Origin: an uncultured Verrucomicrobiae bacterium
GTDB taxonomy: Bacteria > Verrucomicrobiota > Verrucomicrobiia > Chthoniobacterales > JAFAMB01
Assembly: GCA_963762565.1 (NCBI GenBank)
Contig: CAVXLD010000012.1
Coordinates: forward strand, 192,001 to 256,000
DNA: 64,000 nucleotides
Direction of reading: 5' to 3'
The notes under the pieces are model-generated. The model worked only from the letters and a program-made list of their open reading frames with translations. It did not search any database and was not told the origin of the DNA. Below, one piece after another: positions 62,353-64,000 of this stretch. Within the stretch, counting starts at the first letter, position 1. The number at the start of each line of letters is the position of its first letter. The translations under genes and the position numbers were made by a program.

Positions 62353-63132
62353 ATGATCATCACGCTGCTCACCGATTTTGGTCTAAACGACTACTACGTT
62401 GCGGCGATGAAGGGCGTGATTCTTTCGCGTTGCCGCGAAGCTCGCTTGATCGACATCAGCCATGGGATCGCCCCGCAAAATGTCCTTTCTGCTGCGTACG
62501 TGTTGCTGGGCGCCTATGCGCAATTTCCTGCTGGGAGCATTCACCTGGCAGTGGTTGATCCGGGCGTGGGATCGAAGCGGCGTGGTATTATCTTGCGAAG
62601 CGATCGCTATCTTTTCGTAGGTCCAGATAACGGTCTATTCTCATTGGTTGTACCCGAAACAGTTGAAGCGTTCGAGATTCAGCCATCTGCTTACCTGCCA
62701 GCAACGATCAGCAACACGTTTCACGGGCGCGATATTTTTGCGCCGGCGGCGGCTGGTCTAGCTGCAGGTATTAAGCCAGAGGAACTCGGCGTCTCCATTC
62801 GCGATGCAAAAAGGCTGGCGCCGCTCTCCGTAGTCCTCGGCTCAAGAATTAAGTCTCAGATTATCCATATCGATCGATTTGGTAACGCTGTGACTGGCAT
62901 TGAACGTCGCCATCTTCAGTCCGAGTTGCTGCCCCCATCATTCGTCCTTCGGGCCGGACAAACCGATATTCGTGTACAGAAGCGGTTTTATGCAGAAGAA
63001 CCTGTGGCCTCCGGTGAGCCTTTTGTGATTTGGGGCAGCCTTAATTTCTTGGAGATATCGGTCACGAACGGTTCCGCGGCGGAGTCAGTCAGCGTGTCCT
63101 GTGGTCAGGAGATTACGCTGGAGCTTGGGTAG
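62353..63132 (+). CDS. SAM hydroxide adenosyltransferase (DUF62 family)
   Basis: ITLLTDFG, VVDPGVGS.RR, GPDNG, SNTFHGRDIFAP, IDRFGN; ATG 62353. Confidence 0.9.
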   Translation: MIITLLTDFGLNDYYVAAMKGVILSRCREARLIDISHGIAPQNVLSAAYVLLGAYAQFPAGSIHLAVVDPGVGSKRRGIILRSDRYLFVGPDNGLFSLVVPETVEAFEIQPSAYLPATISNTFHGRDIFAPAAAGLAAGIKPEELGVSIRDAKRLAPLSVVLGSRIKSQIIHIDRFGNAVTGIERRHLQSELLPPSFVLRAGQTDIRVQKRFYAEEPVASGEPFVIWGSLNFLEISVTNGSAAESVSVSCGQEITLELG

Positions 63133-63147
63133 GGTCTGAATTCGATT

Positions 63148-63233
63148 TTACCGCGCAGCCGTTACAGAACATAGCCCAGGGCTTCAGCCCTGGGTTAATC
63201 GCATAAGTGACACGCCCTGAAAGTGGCGTCCGA
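63148..63233 (+). repeat. REP-like repeat (same family as 41931-42017)
   Basis: ATAGCCCAGGGCTTCAGCCCTGGGT...CGCCCTGAAAGTGGCGTCCGA. Confidence 0.8.
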
Positions 63234-63342
63234 AGGACGATGATCCAGGTGTAAACGTAGTGCGATCTAGCGCCATTTTCGGATGACCGATTTAGTCAAT
63301 ACAATTGGGCTTTGAAACACATTTCGTCGGGCGCCACTCGTG

Positions 63343-64000
63343 AGGAACATGGTGGAGCTACCCACGACCCGCTGAGCAAGAGGAGGTACTTTTTCATGCT
63401 GCGACTGGAGTAAGTTGATAACCCATCTGACGAGCGGAAGCCGCCAGGCGTTTGAGCCTGGCGTTGGTCATTGAGCTTTTCCTGCTCAGCGAAGAGGCTC
63501 AGATCAAAAGGGACCTGTCGGGTAATGAGAGTCCAAATGATTCTGGCTAATTGATGAGCCATGGCAGTGATGGCTTTGGGAGGACTCAGTCTAGCCCGTA
63601 AGCGGCGGTATTTATCGCCTAAGTAGCTTTTGTTGTGGTGGAGAGAAGAGGCGGCCATGCGTAAGGCTTGTCGCACTCGGTTTTGGCTGCGGCGGGTACG
63701 GCGGCGCAGTATCTTACTAGCACTGGTTTCATTGTCTGGGCATAGACACAGCCAGGAAGCAAAATGATGCTGGGTTTTGAAGGCGTTTAACTCATTGCCT
63801 AGCTCGGTCATGAGCGTCAGTCCGGTCAGAACGCTGATACCAGGAATGACGGTTAGATCCACCCCAAAGAAGCGCTCCAGCTCTTGTTGCCAGGGACCCT
63901 CAGGTTGATTCTTGCTGGTCTTCCTGCAGGCCTTCTTTTTAGGCCGTGGGCTACTTACCGGCTCAGCACCCAATAATTCGGCCTTTAAGCGCACCACTTT
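63343..64000 (-). mobile_element. IS110-family element, right end and 3' part; continues beyond the window
   Basis: Transposase homology; short right end joining the REP-like sequence at CCT (63343-63345). Confidence 0.8.
63394..64000 (-). CDS. IS110-family transposase/recombinase, C-terminal Tnp domain; apparent 1-nt frameshift near 63460
   Basis: GVDLT.IPGI, F....HFASWL.LCP.N..S, ALRMAA, YRRLRAR...KAITA.AH.LARII; natural tail LKRLAASARQMGYQL is in the adjacent frame. Confidence 0.9.

Noticed and set aside
62353..63132. Fluorinase/chlorinase
   Set aside because: Has the Asp-Arg-His triad context (VVDPGVG..R, TFHGRD) of the widespread DUF62 SAM hydrolases rather than halogenase motifs
63296..63393. 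C-terminal extension of the transposase in the ORF track
   Set aside because: It arises from the apparent frameshift near 63460 and runs through the element end into the REP repeat

Overview
64-kb chromosomal window of a Verrucomicrobiota bacterium, probably Spartobacteria/Chthoniobacterales; its 16S carries the Verrucomicrobia-type EUB338-III site ACACCTACGGGTGGCAGC. The centre holds a complete rRNA operon (16S, tRNA-Ala, tRNA-Ile, 23S, 5S; about 29.1-34.8 kb). The left arm has three notable elements. (1) A complete cobalt-type thiocyanate hydrolase cassette: scnB-scnA-scnC, a P15K-like activator and a NiCoT transporter (5922-8873). (2) A polyol-utilisation system split into two converging operons: MalK ATPase plus an EltD-like dehydrogenase, and LacI plus binding protein plus two permeases. 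Their upstream regions are inverted copies of one ~130-bp sequence. (3) A divergently transcribed MtnK/APH-like kinase and an enolase paralogue with active-site substitutions, which suggests an undescribed polyol or sugar-acid pathway. The left arm also carries an ECF42/DGPF pair, a cluster of three exported proteins including a GH75-like lipoprotein, and long nagB, thiM, gloA, xylB and ubiX. The right arm is a mosaic of accessory genes: enterobacterial-like ppiB, a SABATH methyltransferase, alkB, a propeller hybrid kinase with its response regulator, a kelch protein, an RRM protein, infA and DUF62. It ends in an IS110-family element whose right end sits inside a REP-like repeat, and an intact copy of that repeat is present in the window. 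Intergenic DNA is rich in REP/REPIN-like, nested, heptamer-hairpin and MITE-like repeats, one of which is inserted in frame in a kinase gene. Several single-base frameshifts fall at short homopolymers and may be assembly errors. All family assignments come from motif recognition by eye; no searches were run.
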